64,000 nt of DNA from an uncultured Methanosarcinales archaeon (GCA_964498285.1 CAZCGN010000001.1:175916-239915), one strand, 5' to 3'. Numbered from the stretch's first letter, positions 1-10,504 are shown. The notes: generated from the letters alone by a model not told the origin. A program made the numbers and translations.

Positions 1-2316
1 TCAGGCAAATCTTCTATCTTACTTGCGCTCGAGTTCGGTCTTTTTGGCGCTCTTAGGTCTGATTTAAGCGCAGATGCTCTTTTACGCAAAGGCACTATGA
101 CTGGCTCAGTTGAGCTTTCCTGCGAAATTGAGGGCAAAGAAATTATTCTATTTCGGCCACTCAAAAAAAACACGAATGGCATCAAACAAATGCCTGGACA
201 CATTGTTGTAAATGGCGCAAAAAAAGAGTTAACAGCGCTTGAAATGAAAGCAGAGATTATTGGCCATCTCAAATACCCTAAAGAGTTTATCACAAAATCA
301 AAAAATTATGTATTTAGATACACTGTATATTGCCCGCAAGAAGAGATGAAACGAATCTTGCAGGAGTCACCACAAGAAAGGTTAAACATTTTACGCAAAA
401 TCTTCAACATTGATAAATACAAAACGATCCGCGATAACTTACAGAATTATCTTAAGCAATATAGAAAAGATCTTCTAGTCCTTGAAACTAAAATTGAACC
501 ACTTGAAGGGTTGAAAAAGAACGTTCTTGAAATTGAGCAAAGAATAGATGCAACAGAAAAAGAACTTACCATAAAATTTGTAGAAAAACAAGCAATTGAA
601 AAGAAAGTTAACCTCTCTTACAAGATCTTTGAAAATGAACAGCGAGAACAAGCGTACTCTAAAGAGGTTCACCAAAAATCTGAGCAACTTATACAACTGA
701 ATAAAGAAATAAGAATATTACTCTCAAAAAAGCAAGAAAGAGCAAACCTTGCAAAATCAAAACTACAAGAGATACTTGTTGACAGCTCCCTTACAAAAGA
801 AAAAATTGAAGAAGAGTTAGCATCTCTTAGAGAAAAAAAGGTTGAATGGCTCAAAAAGCAATCTGAAGCGAAAACAAAGCTTGCTGCTCTGCAAGAAAGA
901 ATTTCTATACTTCATAAAGAAATTTCTCAAAAAGAGGATGTTGAAAATGAACATAATACTCTTGTAGAAAAACAGAAAGAACTCCAGAAGAATATTGCTC
1001 ACAAAAGTATTCTTCTGCAGGAAAAAGAGAATCTTACAAAAGAGATCTCAAAGTTAGACAGGGACTTATCTGAGAAAAATGCTTTATCCAAGAATGCTCA
1101 AACTATTTTAAAGGGCATTTCATCGCTTGAGAACTGCCCAACCTGCTTACAAATTGTAGGAAATGAACATAAAGAAGGTGTGTGTAGAAAAGAAGAGGAG
1201 AAGATCGAGAATCTTACTTGCGAAATTGAAATCATACAAGTTTCTAAGAATAATACAAATCACGAGCTTAAACATATTCTTGAAAGAATTGAGAAAATTG
1301 AGTTAGAAGAAAGGAAACAACATGAAGTTATTGCAAGACTTTCTACTCTTCAAGAAAAACTTTCATCGTTTGATCTCAAATCTCAAGAGATGAGAGAAAA
1401 CGTACAAAAAAACAACGAAATTATGGCTCAAATTAAGATTCTGAATCAAGATGGAGAAACAACAATTCCACGAATTGAGCAAAGAATTGAAACTCTTCAA
1501 GATTTCATGATCAAACTTGCACAGAAAAAAGAGTTAGAACTTTCGTATGAGAGATCTGTTACAGAGATTGAGGAGTTGAAATTGCGAGAAGAAAGGTATT
1601 GTGAGCGATTAGAAACAGTTCAAAAAATACTCTCTCTTTTTGAGAATAATACCTCCTATATCCTCAAGGCAAAAGAGATGCTTTCAGCCTCTCAAGAAAA
1701 AGAAAAAAGCCTCCTCTCAGAACACTCTGCACTCCTCTCAACACATAAGCATATTAAAGCTAGATTTGAAGAACTATCTCAAGAAGTGAAACGATTAGAG
1801 CTTCTTGCATCCACACTTCTTCAAAAACGCGAATTATATCGCTGGCTCAATTCTTTTTTCATGAAGCTTACCTACACTATTGAAAAAGAAGTTCTCTTAC
1901 GTATCTACCATAGGTTCAATGATCTTTTTACAGAATGGTTCGCATTATTGATGGATGAGAGTGGCATCTCATCAAGACTAGATGATGCATTCACTCCAGT
2001 AATTGAACAAAATGGTCATGAGATTGATTTTGCGCATTTGAGTGGAGGTGAGAGAACCGCAGTCTCTTTAGCGTATCGTTTGGCACTCAACAAAGTTATT
2101 AATGATGTGGTTCACACGATTACAACAAAGAATGTGTTGATATTAGATGAGCCAACAGACGGATTTTCATCTGAACAACTAGATAAAGTTCGAGATGTGT
2201 TGGATCGGTTGAATTTAGGACAGATTCTGATTGTCTCGCATGAAACTAAAATTGAAAGTTTTGTTGAAAATATTATTCGAGTAGAAAAAGTTGATCATGT
2301 GAGCAGAGTGTTTTAA
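1..2316 (+). CDS. rad50: Rad50/SbcC-family DNA double-strand break repair ATPase (5' end truncated by window edge)
   Basis: Frame 1 is open from nt 1 and encodes SGKSSILLALEFGLFGAL (Walker A GKSS) ahead of the first Met at 97. Long coiled-coil with a central CPTC zinc-hook (nt ~1133-1144). C-terminal signature LSGGERTAVSLAYRLAL followed by Walker B/D-loop LILDEPTDGFS. Confidence 0.8.
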   Translation, partial: SGKSSILLALEFGLFGALRSDLSADALLRKGTMTGSVELSCEIEGKEIILFRPLKKNTNGIKQMPGHIVVNGAKKELTALEMKAEIIGHLKYPKEFITKSKNYVFRYTVYCPQEEMKRILQESPQERLNILRKIFNIDKYKTIRDNLQNYLKQYRKDLLVLETKIEPLEGLKKNVLEIEQRIDATEKELTIKFVEKQAIEKKVNLSYKIFENEQREQAYSKEVHQKSEQLIQLNKEIRILLSKKQERANLAKSKLQEILVDSSLTKEKIEEELASLREKKVEWLKKQSEAKTKLAALQERISILHKEISQKEDVENEHNTLVEKQKELQKNIAHKSILLQEKENLTKEISKLDRDLSEKNALSKNAQTILKGISSLENCPTCLQIVGNEHKEGVCRKEEEKIENLTCEIEIIQVSKNNTNHELKHILERIEKIELEERKQHEVIARLSTLQEKLSSFDLKSQEMRENVQKNNEIMAQIKILNQDGETTIPRIEQRIETLQDFMIKLAQKKELELSYERSVTEIEELKLREERYCERLETVQKILSLFENNTSYILKAKEMLSASQEKEKSLLSEHSALLSTHKHIKARFEELSQEVKRLELLASTLLQKRELYRWLNSFFMKLTYTIEKEVLLRIYHRFNDLFTEWFALLMDESGISSRLDDAFTPVIEQNGHEIDFAHLSGGERTAVSLAYRLALNKVINDVVHTITTKNVLILDEPTDGFSSEQLDKVRDVLDRLNLGQILIVSHETKIESFVENIIRVEKVDHVSRVF

Positions 2317-2318
2317 GA

Positions 2319-3143
2319 TTACTTCACAACAGCCTTCAATGAAGCGATCCCTACTTCTAACTGTTTATCTGTTGGCTCTTTTGTTGTGATTTTTTGAAGC
2401 CACAAACCAGGAGCAATAAGTGCCTTTACAACAGTATTATTTTGAAACTTCCCACTCAATTTGATTAGTTCATACCCTATCCCTGCAATAACAGGAAGTA
2501 AGAGTAATCTTCCAATTAACTTTGCCCACAATCCTCCAGGGATTAGAGAGAAAATAAAAATCGAGAGAAGAAGTACTAAAAAGAGAAATGAAGTCCCGCA
2601 TCGTGGATGGAACCGTGAGAACTTTCGTACATTCTTAACTGTAAGTTTTTGTTTTGCTTCATAACAATAGATCGTTTTATGTTCTGCTCCGTGATACGCA
2701 AATAATGTTTTGACATCTTGCATAAACGAGATTGCAAACAAATACCCTAAGAAAAGTATTACTCTAAATACGCCGTCCAATGCATCAAACCAGAACCCTT
2801 CTGAATGAATCGCTCGTGCTGAGAAAAAAGGAATTATCACAAAAAGAAGGATTGCAAAAAGAAATGATCCACCTATTGTTAGAACAATTTCTTTTTTTGA
2901 AAGTTTTTCTTCTTCACCTAATTGCTGATTAGAACTCCAGGTGAGTGCTCTCACTCCATCGTAGAGGGTATATGCAAGCCCCACAACTCCCCGAACAAAA
3001 GGGAAATCGAAAAACTTTGGAAACTTAGTACTTTGATCTTTTTTTATTTTGATTTTACCGTTTGGAAGCCGTACGGCTACTGCGAACTTCTTTTTGTTAC
3101 GCATCATAACGCCTTCAATAACTGCTTGTCCCCCAACGTCCAT
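2319..3143 (-). CDS. DUF1385 family membrane-associated protein
   Basis: GGQAVIEGVMMR N-terminus, HGAEHK and HPRCGTSF motifs and two hydrophobic segments are typical of DUF1385 (YqhQ-like). Confidence 0.55.
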   Translation of the reverse strand: MDVGGQAVIEGVMMRNKKKFAVAVRLPNGKIKIKKDQSTKFPKFFDFPFVRGVVGLAYTLYDGVRALTWSSNQQLGEEEKLSKKEIVLTIGGSFLFAILLFVIIPFFSARAIHSEGFWFDALDGVFRVILFLGYLFAISFMQDVKTLFAYHGAEHKTIYCYEAKQKLTVKNVRKFSRFHPRCGTSFLFLVLLLSIFIFSLIPGGLWAKLIGRLLLLPVIAGIGYELIKLSGKFQNNTVVKALIAPGLWLQKITTKEPTDKQLEVGIASLKAVVK

Positions 3144-3185
3144 AAAAATGAGGGGAGCTTAAGAATTTATAAAGGTTTGTTAGAA

Positions 3186-4595
3186 TTACTCTGCCAGCAT
3201 GGTTTGAAAAGTTGCAATATCACAAAGGGCACCAGTTGTATTATATGCTGCTCGTGCCACTTTCAGCCTACCATGCTGTTGAATTGCCCTCCCAACTACT
3301 TGTCGCCCGATTTCATAACCAGCTCCATACATTGGACCAACTAAGGGATGTGCAGCCCAACCCCACACCTTTGTAGGCAAAGCGCCAGTTAAAGCATACA
3401 TTTCTTCACAATCTCTCTTTATTGCTTCCTCTCCAATCCCTTTAACTTGATGAAGAACAGGCCCATCATGTTTTCCTGCATCTAGTAGATCCTCCATCGC
3501 ATATTGAATTTTAATATCAATTGGTTCAACATCAAAAAGTGTAGCTATTACTGTGTATGCTTCTTCCCGAGTATCAAAAAGGAGATCTAATGCATTCTGT
3601 GCAACACCCTCCCATAGGGTCACTTGCGGACTACACATTGTTGGCATACTTGCTTCAACGCCCAGGCCCGATGCAAGATCTGTTGCAACAGCATGAAAGT
3701 AATGTCCTGGCATGATCTCATGTAAGCAGAGTGAAACCAAAGAGAGAAGTGTCATTTCATATTCGGTGTTATATTCAAAAAGAGCTCGTAAAGCCGGTCT
3801 TCCATTCTCTTTAGCTCCACCAAAATATGCCTGAGAGCCAGTAACATGCGGTTTCCCTTCAAATGTATGCATCTCAAAATTAAACCCGTCAAAAGGAACT
3901 TCCTCAAGCTTTCCCCAAGGGTGAATTGAAGCAAGCTGCACGTTCATTGGAACAATTAATCTTTCAAGAGCAAGTGGTGTGACTTTATTCAAAATTCTTC
4001 GAATTTCAGTAGGGATTTGAGCGGATTCAAGTTTTCCATGCTCGCTATTCCATGCTGTTGCTCTATCAACAAGATAACCTTTTTCAAAACCTCTCATTTT
4101 AAGGAGAGCCGCAAGTCTTTCTCTTCGTAAATGTAACTGAGTGTTACCTAATATTGGACGCATAGTTCCCGCAGCGTATCTTTCCATGAATTCAGGCATT
4201 TCAACATCTGAAACACCTGCTAATGATAAGCCAGTATTTAATGCAACCTCTAAACTAATTGCTAGATTTTGTATAAAGAGAGACCTGTGCCAAGGAAGGC
4301 CTCTTGTTTGACCAATTATTCTTGAAGGAAGCTCTCGCAAAGAATACTTTTGAACAAAAGCAGCAACATCTTGATCTCTTCCTTCTCCTTTCAAACGAGT
4401 AACTCCTCCTACTTCCATTAATTCTGCAGCAAAGTTATCTTCATAAACAGGCGGTGTTTCAAGATCCTCATCAGACCAAGGTTCTGCGATAAAATGTGCC
4501 CCGCCACTTGGATGACGAAAGTCTCCCCCGTGAAGAAGATCTGTACCTACAATAAGAGCTCCCAAATCTTCTTCCCAAGTCTGTTCAAATGGCAT
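3186..4595 (-). CDS. DUF885-family putative metallopeptidase
   Basis: 469 aa containing HEIMPGHYFH, resembling the DUF885 HExxPGHH zinc-binding motif. No canonical M32 HEGGH motif is present. Confidence 0.45.
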   Translation of the reverse strand: MPFEQTWEEDLGALIVGTDLLHGGDFRHPSGGAHFIAEPWSDEDLETPPVYEDNFAAELMEVGGVTRLKGEGRDQDVAAFVQKYSLRELPSRIIGQTRGLPWHRSLFIQNLAISLEVALNTGLSLAGVSDVEMPEFMERYAAGTMRPILGNTQLHLRRERLAALLKMRGFEKGYLVDRATAWNSEHGKLESAQIPTEIRRILNKVTPLALERLIVPMNVQLASIHPWGKLEEVPFDGFNFEMHTFEGKPHVTGSQAYFGGAKENGRPALRALFEYNTEYEMTLLSLVSLCLHEIMPGHYFHAVATDLASGLGVEASMPTMCSPQVTLWEGVAQNALDLLFDTREEAYTVIATLFDVEPIDIKIQYAMEDLLDAGKHDGPVLHQVKGIGEEAIKRDCEEMYALTGALPTKVWGWAAHPLVGPMYGAGYEIGRQVVGRAIQQHGRLKVARAAYNTTGALCDIATFQTMLAE

Positions 4596-4641
4596 TAGGA
4601 GTTCTTGAAACTTACTGTTTTAAAAGAATTACTATGATTAA

Positions 4642-7134
4642 TCACATAAACCCCACCAAACCCTTCTGCGCGCCTTTGCCCAATAACTCATCTTCATCCA
4701 CTCCAAACACATCAAAAATTGCTTGAATGGCTGGAAGAACTTGGTGTGTAAGATAGTACTGTGCATCATACTCGCCTTCCTGTATGTCAATTGGAATTTG
4801 AGCACGTTCACGAATGATACCTTTGCCCTTTCCCACAACATACGAGATTATCGTTCCTGCCCCAACTCTGTATCCTGCTTCCTGCATTTTCTGTGCAACT
4901 TTAACATGAGGACCAATTGCTTTGTATTTAGAAAGGTCACGCGTTAATTTAGTTTTAATAATCAACTTTTCTTTTGCAATCCTACCAGACAGTAACTTTT
5001 TAATCATTTTCTGAACATACACTATTGCTTCATCCTTCTTATCAGATAACACAAGGTCAAGAACTTTTGTTTGGATTTCTTTTCCAATTTCTGACCAGTT
5101 ACGTCTCACCGCTGCAAACCCAGTTACTTTTAGATTTCCCTTTGCATCCATTAAGGCATACTTCTTTTTAGCGCCCTTAGTCGTTCCTTTAATTGCAACA
5201 AACAGCGCGCGAGGAAAATAGCCTTCATATTCAAGCTCCATAAGGCCAGGAAGTGTCTTATTGATTTTCTTCATGAAATTCAGAGCATCTTTCTCTTTTT
5301 TTTCTCCTAATACAAAGAACACACTATCAGTATCGCCATATAACACTTCAAATTTTTCTTTTTTTGCTTTTGCAATAGTTTGCTTGATGTAATTACGTGC
5401 ATACGCCGTTGTGGACGCTGCACTTTCAAACGAGTACCATCGTGCACCATAGAACGCCAAATATCCATAAAATGAATTTGCTAAGATCTTAAACGCGTAA
5501 CTTCGCGCTTCTAAATAGTCAGTCTTCTTCCCCTTCTTTTTATGTTCTTTAATTTCTTGCTTAATCTTTGATCGTTTGGTAATAATATCGGCTAAGATTT
5601 CTGGTAAGAAGGCTGGCGTATCCGAAAACCAATATTGCTTTCGTTCTGGAACAGATATCTTCTTCCCGCCAGTAGCTTTAAATGATTCGGGACTCAAATT
5701 ATGAGAACTTATAATTGTTGGGTACAATGATCTAAAATCAAACACAACTACATCTTTGTACAATCCTGGTTTTGGTGAGTAGACAAACGCTCCTTGAATA
5801 CTTTCATTCATTCGTTCTCGAATTTCATCATCATCAGGCTTGTTTGGAGCAAGAACAGTACGCTCTATTGCACGTCTCAGAATATAACTCTCAACTAATC
5901 GTGAAAAACGCATACGTGACACATCGAATGCTGGAAGGCCAACGGTTTTTGTAAACTCAATTATATCAAATAACAGTAATGTACATAGATCAAATGTAAG
6001 ATGAGCATCCTCCAAGTTATACTTACAAAAATCTTCCAATTTCGCAGCATTATTTGAATCCCAAGATGGTGCAAGTTCTTCAAGATTCACAACATGCTTT
6101 TTGGAGCCCAATAATTCATGTGCTACATTATCAAGTTTGAAGCTATCTGTCTTTAGGTTTTGCCCAAAAATGTAACGAACAAATTTGAACACATCTAAAT
6201 GCAATGTGCCAACTATTTTTGTTTCAGCAGGACGCCCACCTTGACGTTTACGTGCAAAAAGGTTTTCGCCTCGCACGCCAAGGTCTAATTTGACATCAAG
6301 CAAACGTGCACGCGTACTAATATAGGGGAAATCAAACCCATCTGTGAAATAGCCAGTAATGATATCTGGAGAGAGTTTTTTCACAAATGTAACAAATGCC
6401 TCAAGCATTTCCTTTTCTGTTGTAAACTGTTCAATATATGTTTGTGCATGTTTAAATTTTTTCCAAGTAAACACCTTACGATAGGTTTTTGATCTTTTTT
6501 TCCCATACAACCCAATCATCAAAATTGGATTTTTCTCAGGATTAATCTCTCGTTTTTTTGCATACGTTTCAATATCAACTGCAAGAATGTTGTATCTTCC
6601 TGAATCATTAACATCTTTTTGAGTCAGTTTACTTGCTTGAAACACAGGGATTCTAAGATGGGCATCTTCTGTGAACTCGCCTTGAGCTTCAATAAGAGTC
6701 ATTGGCGTTATTTGCAGATCACGCAAGTATCTGTGAACAAAAAGAATATCTCTTTCATAACACGTAACACCCCAACTTTCAATTTCTTTAGCAAGGGCAG
6801 GAACCGCCTTAGGATAATTTGCAGAAATCTTGTAGAATTCTTGTGATTTTCCAAGCAATTCCTTTGTAACCTTTCCAAACGAAAGAACTTTAGCTTTATA
6901 GCTTTTTGTTGAAACTTCAAGGCCTTTAAGTTTTTCTTCAAACTTTGATTTTGCAACACCCTTAGTTGTTGCATAAAAAATGGGGACATGTTCATGAACT
7001 ACACAAATCTTTTTTCCGTTCGTATCACGACCATATGAATATACATACGTGTGAAGGTTGCCATTTGAATCTTCTTCTACTTTATATTCAAAATCATAGG
7101 GGTAAAATAAGAGCCGCGTCATACGAGGTTTCAA
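4642..7134 (-). CDS. polB: Family B DNA polymerase
   Basis: 830 aa. Exo I motif in ILAVDIETYA, pol motif A DFRSLYPTIISSHNLSPE and motif C VLYGDTDSVFF. Motifs are contiguous and length is normal, so no intein. Confidence 0.9.
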   Translation of the reverse strand: MKPRMTRLLFYPYDFEYKVEEDSNGNLHTYVYSYGRDTNGKKICVVHEHVPIFYATTKGVAKSKFEEKLKGLEVSTKSYKAKVLSFGKVTKELLGKSQEFYKISANYPKAVPALAKEIESWGVTCYERDILFVHRYLRDLQITPMTLIEAQGEFTEDAHLRIPVFQASKLTQKDVNDSGRYNILAVDIETYAKKREINPEKNPILMIGLYGKKRSKTYRKVFTWKKFKHAQTYIEQFTTEKEMLEAFVTFVKKLSPDIITGYFTDGFDFPYISTRARLLDVKLDLGVRGENLFARKRQGGRPAETKIVGTLHLDVFKFVRYIFGQNLKTDSFKLDNVAHELLGSKKHVVNLEELAPSWDSNNAAKLEDFCKYNLEDAHLTFDLCTLLLFDIIEFTKTVGLPAFDVSRMRFSRLVESYILRRAIERTVLAPNKPDDDEIRERMNESIQGAFVYSPKPGLYKDVVVFDFRSLYPTIISSHNLSPESFKATGGKKISVPERKQYWFSDTPAFLPEILADIITKRSKIKQEIKEHKKKGKKTDYLEARSYAFKILANSFYGYLAFYGARWYSFESAASTTAYARNYIKQTIAKAKKEKFEVLYGDTDSVFFVLGEKKEKDALNFMKKINKTLPGLMELEYEGYFPRALFVAIKGTTKGAKKKYALMDAKGNLKVTGFAAVRRNWSEIGKEIQTKVLDLVLSDKKDEAIVYVQKMIKKLLSGRIAKEKLIIKTKLTRDLSKYKAIGPHVKVAQKMQEAGYRVGAGTIISYVVGKGKGIIRERAQIPIDIQEGEYDAQYYLTHQVLPAIQAIFDVFGVDEDELLGKGAQKGLVGFM

Positions 7135-7180
7135 GAATTGTGGATATATAAAGGTTGTGTGGAGTTGTCAAGTGGGTATA

Positions 7181-7714
7181 TTACGGCCTTCGCCTCAATG
7201 ACTTAATCAAATAATTATCATCTTCATCTTTTTCCATGACAACTTCGCTTTCTTCACCATCAACTTCTACGACTTCTTTTTCTTCTTCCTCAACATTTAA
7301 CCCTTCAGTATTTGCAGTTATCTGGATAAATGCATCTTCCATTGTCGGTTCATCAAGTTCTTGTGGTGCCCACTCTAATGTAAGTCCATCATTTTCCTTT
7401 CGAGGGACTACATGCATAGAAAAGTGAGGAATACTTTGCCCTGCAGCTAACCCATTTTGTACAAATACATTTGTTCCAGTAGCTCCAAGGCCATCAAACA
7501 CAGACATTCCAATTTTGTTTACGATATCTGTCATTTTAACAAGCAATGTATGTGGAATCATCTCTAAGATAGTATGATGTTCTTTTGGGATGATGGTAAT
7601 CTGCCCATCGTTGAACGCCATATACGAGACAAATGCAACCACTTCTTTGTCTTGATAGATAATTTGGGCAGGCTCTCTTCCTGCTACAATATCACAATAG
7701 TCGCATGTTGCCAT
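7181..7714 (-). CDS. HIT-family (histidine triad) protein with acidic C-terminal tail
   Basis: CDYCDIVAG N-terminal motif and histidine triad PHFSMHVVPR. C-terminus EEEEKEVVEVDGEESEVVMEKDEDD. Confidence 0.7.
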   Translation of the reverse strand: MATCDYCDIVAGREPAQIIYQDKEVVAFVSYMAFNDGQITIIPKEHHTILEMIPHTLLVKMTDIVNKIGMSVFDGLGATGTNVFVQNGLAAGQSIPHFSMHVVPRKENDGLTLEWAPQELDEPTMEDAFIQITANTEGLNVEEEEKEVVEVDGEESEVVMEKDEDDNYLIKSLRRRP

Positions 7715-8481
7715 TATTTGAATAAATTTGCAATGTCATCTAAACTTGCATCAACCTCATCTTCGTTTTCATCTTGCTCAGGTTCTTCATCATCTGTTTC
7801 GTCGTCTGATTCGTCAGTATCATCTTCTACTTCATCATCCCCTTCAATATCAGCATCTTCTCCTAACTCGCTAGATTCATCTTCAGGTTCTTCTATTTCT
7901 TCTTCAGGCTCATCTTCCTCTACTTCTGGTTCTTCTTCTACAGCGCGAGGAAGCGTTTGTTGTGTTTCAATTCCCATAAGCCCCTTGAAATGATTCTGAA
8001 CTTTTGTAAGAACTTGTTTTTGAACTTCTAAATTAACACCTTTCTCTTCAAGTTGGAACAAGCCATCAGCATCTTTTCGAGGGATGAGATGTATCATAAA
8101 ATGTGGCGCCCTCTGTCCTGCTGCAAGACCATTTGCTATGAAAATATTCGTACCACCTGCTCGAAGACTTTTGAGCAGAATTTTAGAAAGAACTTTTGTT
8201 GTAACAAATAATTTCTCAAGTGTAGGGTCCGGTATTTGTGGCATAATACTAAAGTGCTCTTTAGGAATGATTAAACAATGCCCCTTAGTTGCGGGTCTAA
8301 TATCTAAGACAACAAGGCACGTTTCATCTTCATAGACTTTTTTAGAAGGAACTTTGCCATCAATTATTTGGCAGAAAATACATTGTTGCCGTTGAAGTTG
8401 CGCAATCTCCTCTGGAGACATATTTTTGAGCTTTTCTTCAAGCTCTTTACGCTGCTCTGGCGTTAGTTGTGAAGGATCCAT
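7714..8481 (-). CDS. HIT-family protein paralogue with long polyacidic tail
   Basis: CIFCQIIDGKVP and APHFMIHLIPRK histidine triad. About 75-aa Glu/Asp-rich C-terminal tail. Start overlaps the stop of the downstream HIT gene by 1 nt. Confidence 0.7.
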   Translation of the reverse strand: MDPSQLTPEQRKELEEKLKNMSPEEIAQLQRQQCIFCQIIDGKVPSKKVYEDETCLVVLDIRPATKGHCLIIPKEHFSIMPQIPDPTLEKLFVTTKVLSKILLKSLRAGGTNIFIANGLAAGQRAPHFMIHLIPRKDADGLFQLEEKGVNLEVQKQVLTKVQNHFKGLMGIETQQTLPRAVEEEPEVEEDEPEEEIEEPEDESSELGEDADIEGDDEVEDDTDESDDETDDEEPEQDENEDEVDASLDDIANLFK

Positions 8482-8534
8482 CTATAGAAAAAAAGAGATG
8501 AAAAGAGAATATAAATGTTTGTGAGAATGCATTC

Positions 8535-9140
8535 CTATATTCTGTATTCTATACCATCGGGCTGAACACTGGTTAACCTAGGAGATCTTTCAGACACATA
8601 TCCTGATTCTGGAGAGGCTGTTTCTAATCTAGGAAGTCCCCTAACGAAAGAAACTGGAAGTTCGGGTTTTCCTCCTGCTTTATAGACTACACCATTAGAA
8701 ACTAAACTATCTAACTCCGGACCATATTCTTCATCTCTTCCAGTATTTAGAAAGATAGTAGAGTCGGGACAGATTTCATTAATTCTTCTTGCTAGAGTTA
8801 GTCCTGAACCGGGATCATAATTATCTAAATCTACGTCACAAAGAACATATTCTGGTCGAAAGCCATCTTTTATTGCTTTGAGAGCATCGGCTGAATTTTC
8901 TCTAAATACGACTCCGTAACCCTTAGCCTTTGCAAGACCAATAACTACTTTGACAGCATCAGGCATATCATCAATTACCAAAACCGTTCCTTTTAAGATT
9001 CCATATTGTTCGTCTGCCTTCGGAGCAATCATAGCTGGGTCATCATCGAGAGTTTGCACTATAGGATCGTCGCCAAAGGCATACCCTGCTGGTCTTAAAT
9101 CTCCAAATGTTTGATTTCCGTCTGAATCCATTGTAATCAC
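8535..9140 (-). CDS. Response-regulator receiver (CheY-like) domain protein
   Basis: VLVIDDMPDAVKV...EYVLCDVDLDN pattern gives an acidic pocket plus a phospho-acceptor Asp. No output domain is recognised and no histidine kinase lies nearby. Confidence 0.45.
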   Translation of the reverse strand: MITMDSDGNQTFGDLRPAGYAFGDDPIVQTLDDDPAMIAPKADEQYGILKGTVLVIDDMPDAVKVVIGLAKAKGYGVVFRENSADALKAIKDGFRPEYVLCDVDLDNYDPGSGLTLARRINEICPDSTIFLNTGRDEEYGPELDSLVSNGVVYKAGGKPELPVSFVRGLPRLETASPESGYVSERSPRLTSVQPDGIEYRI

Positions 9141-9227
9141 TAATTGGTGGTAAGCATATGCTTAATATATTACTAGAATTTGGTCTATTTAAAAAGCTTT
9201 CGGTTATTTCAGCCCATGAGCCTAAAT

Positions 9228-10055
9228 TCACTCTTCTAAGAATTTTTGCACGTTCTTAAAGTGCATTTTTACAAATTGTTTATACGGCAGCTTCCGCCCC
9301 TTAAGCTCATCAAGTGCCCATTTCACATGAGTAGAGCCCTTAGGTACTGCAAATGTTGCTTGCCTTGAAAGAAAGTTAATTTGTTCAAGAGCAGCGGCTC
9401 GAGCCAAGATTGATGCTGCTGCCACCTCAACAAACTTCTGCTCAGCCTTCGTTTCGCGAATATCACCCACACTACAACCAGGGTACTTATCTACTGCATG
9501 AACGCCTGGTTTAAGGTACTTTGCAGCTTTTTTGTGTAATTTGTTAAGAAGCTGCGTTACACCTTTCTCTTTATTATACTTAATTGGAGGTAGACTTATA
9601 ATTTGACACTCCGCTACTTTTTTTACTTCTTGTGCCATCCGCAGTATCTCTTTATCAGCAAGTGCCTTGCTATCTGCAACGCCAATATCAAGAAGTTTTG
9701 TTCGAATCTCATCATTTGCTTTAACAGCAGCAACTACAAGCCCACCAAACGTATCGCCCTTGAGGGATTCGTCTGAACCAATTACCCATCCACGCTCTTT
9801 TCTAAACGTGATTGGTGTAACTTTTGTTCCTATACCAAAACTATGCAACTGAGCTGAGGTTTTATCAATAGCTCCCGAATCTCCTTGTAGAAGTAGTTTC
9901 CCGGAGTTATAGAGAATCATGAGTACTCGTTTTTTAATTCCCTTAAAGAAACGAGCCTTTTCGTGTACCGTTCGAATTTCAAGTGTTTTGAATTTATGCT
10001 TAGAGCAAAACCGCGCAAGATCTTCTACATCAACCTCTGTAAAGACTACCATCAA
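9228..10055 (-). CDS. RNase HIII-like ribonuclease H (RNase H2 superfamily) with N-terminal extension
   Basis: IGSDESLKGDTFGGLVVAAV matches the RNase HIII catalytic motif GSDEVGKGDYFGPLVVAA rather than the RNase HII DEAGRGP motif. A downstream ADSK motif is present, and the ~80-aa N-terminal domain is consistent with the HIII TBP-like domain. Confidence 0.5.
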   Translation of the reverse strand: MMVVFTEVDVEDLARFCSKHKFKTLEIRTVHEKARFFKGIKKRVLMILYNSGKLLLQGDSGAIDKTSAQLHSFGIGTKVTPITFRKERGWVIGSDESLKGDTFGGLVVAAVKANDEIRTKLLDIGVADSKALADKEILRMAQEVKKVAECQIISLPPIKYNKEKGVTQLLNKLHKKAAKYLKPGVHAVDKYPGCSVGDIRETKAEQKFVEVAAASILARAAALEQINFLSRQATFAVPKGSTHVKWALDELKGRKLPYKQFVKMHFKNVQKFLEE

Positions 10056-10099
10056 GAAGAAACTAGAATTCTAAGGAATTTAAATGTTTTGGGTAAAGA

Positions 10100-10492
10100 C
10101 TAAAGCAATTCTCCTATCGCTGCAACAAATTTTCGAGTGGCATTCATTTGCAAAGGATGACCATATACTGTTGAATCTATATGTGCATCATAACAGGTCC
10201 CTGACATTGGAAGACCATAGCCCACAATTCTTGCTCCAGCATATTTTGCTCGTAACACCCCCCACACATTAAACGTTGTTGGGTTGAGAACTAAAGAAAA
10301 AGGACCCGGAACATCTCGAAGCTGAGCTTCAAGTAGAGGAGTGATTTCATCTATCCTACCACTCTGCGCAGCAAGAACTTGTACCCCAAAACGAGCATCG
10401 CTTGTTGAAAGAACTTGCTCAATTCCTGCAGTAAGAAGCGCTGCTGCAGTATCTCCTTTCTGACGAACAATAAGAACGTTAGGTAATGGCAT
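10100..10492 (-). CDS. Hypothetical protein (GC-richer than neighbours)
   Basis: 130-aa ORF between the two RNase H genes on the same strand. No motif recognised. Confidence 0.3.
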   Translation of the reverse strand: MPLPNVLIVRQKGDTAAALLTAGIEQVLSTSDARFGVQVLAAQSGRIDEITPLLEAQLRDVPGPFSLVLNPTTFNVWGVLRAKYAGARIVGYGLPMSGTCYDAHIDSTVYGHPLQMNATRKFVAAIGELL

Positions 10493-10504
10493 TTCAAAGA
10501 GAAA

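Noticed and set aside
4642-7134. Possible intein in polB
   Set aside because: The protein is 830 aa with contiguous exonuclease and polymerase motifs. There is no inserted block with intein splice motifs.
7236-7993. Ser-rich + strand ORFs (7236-7427, 7574-7993)
   Set aside because: Antisense to the GAA/GAT-rich acidic tails of the two HIT genes. Low-complexity artefact.
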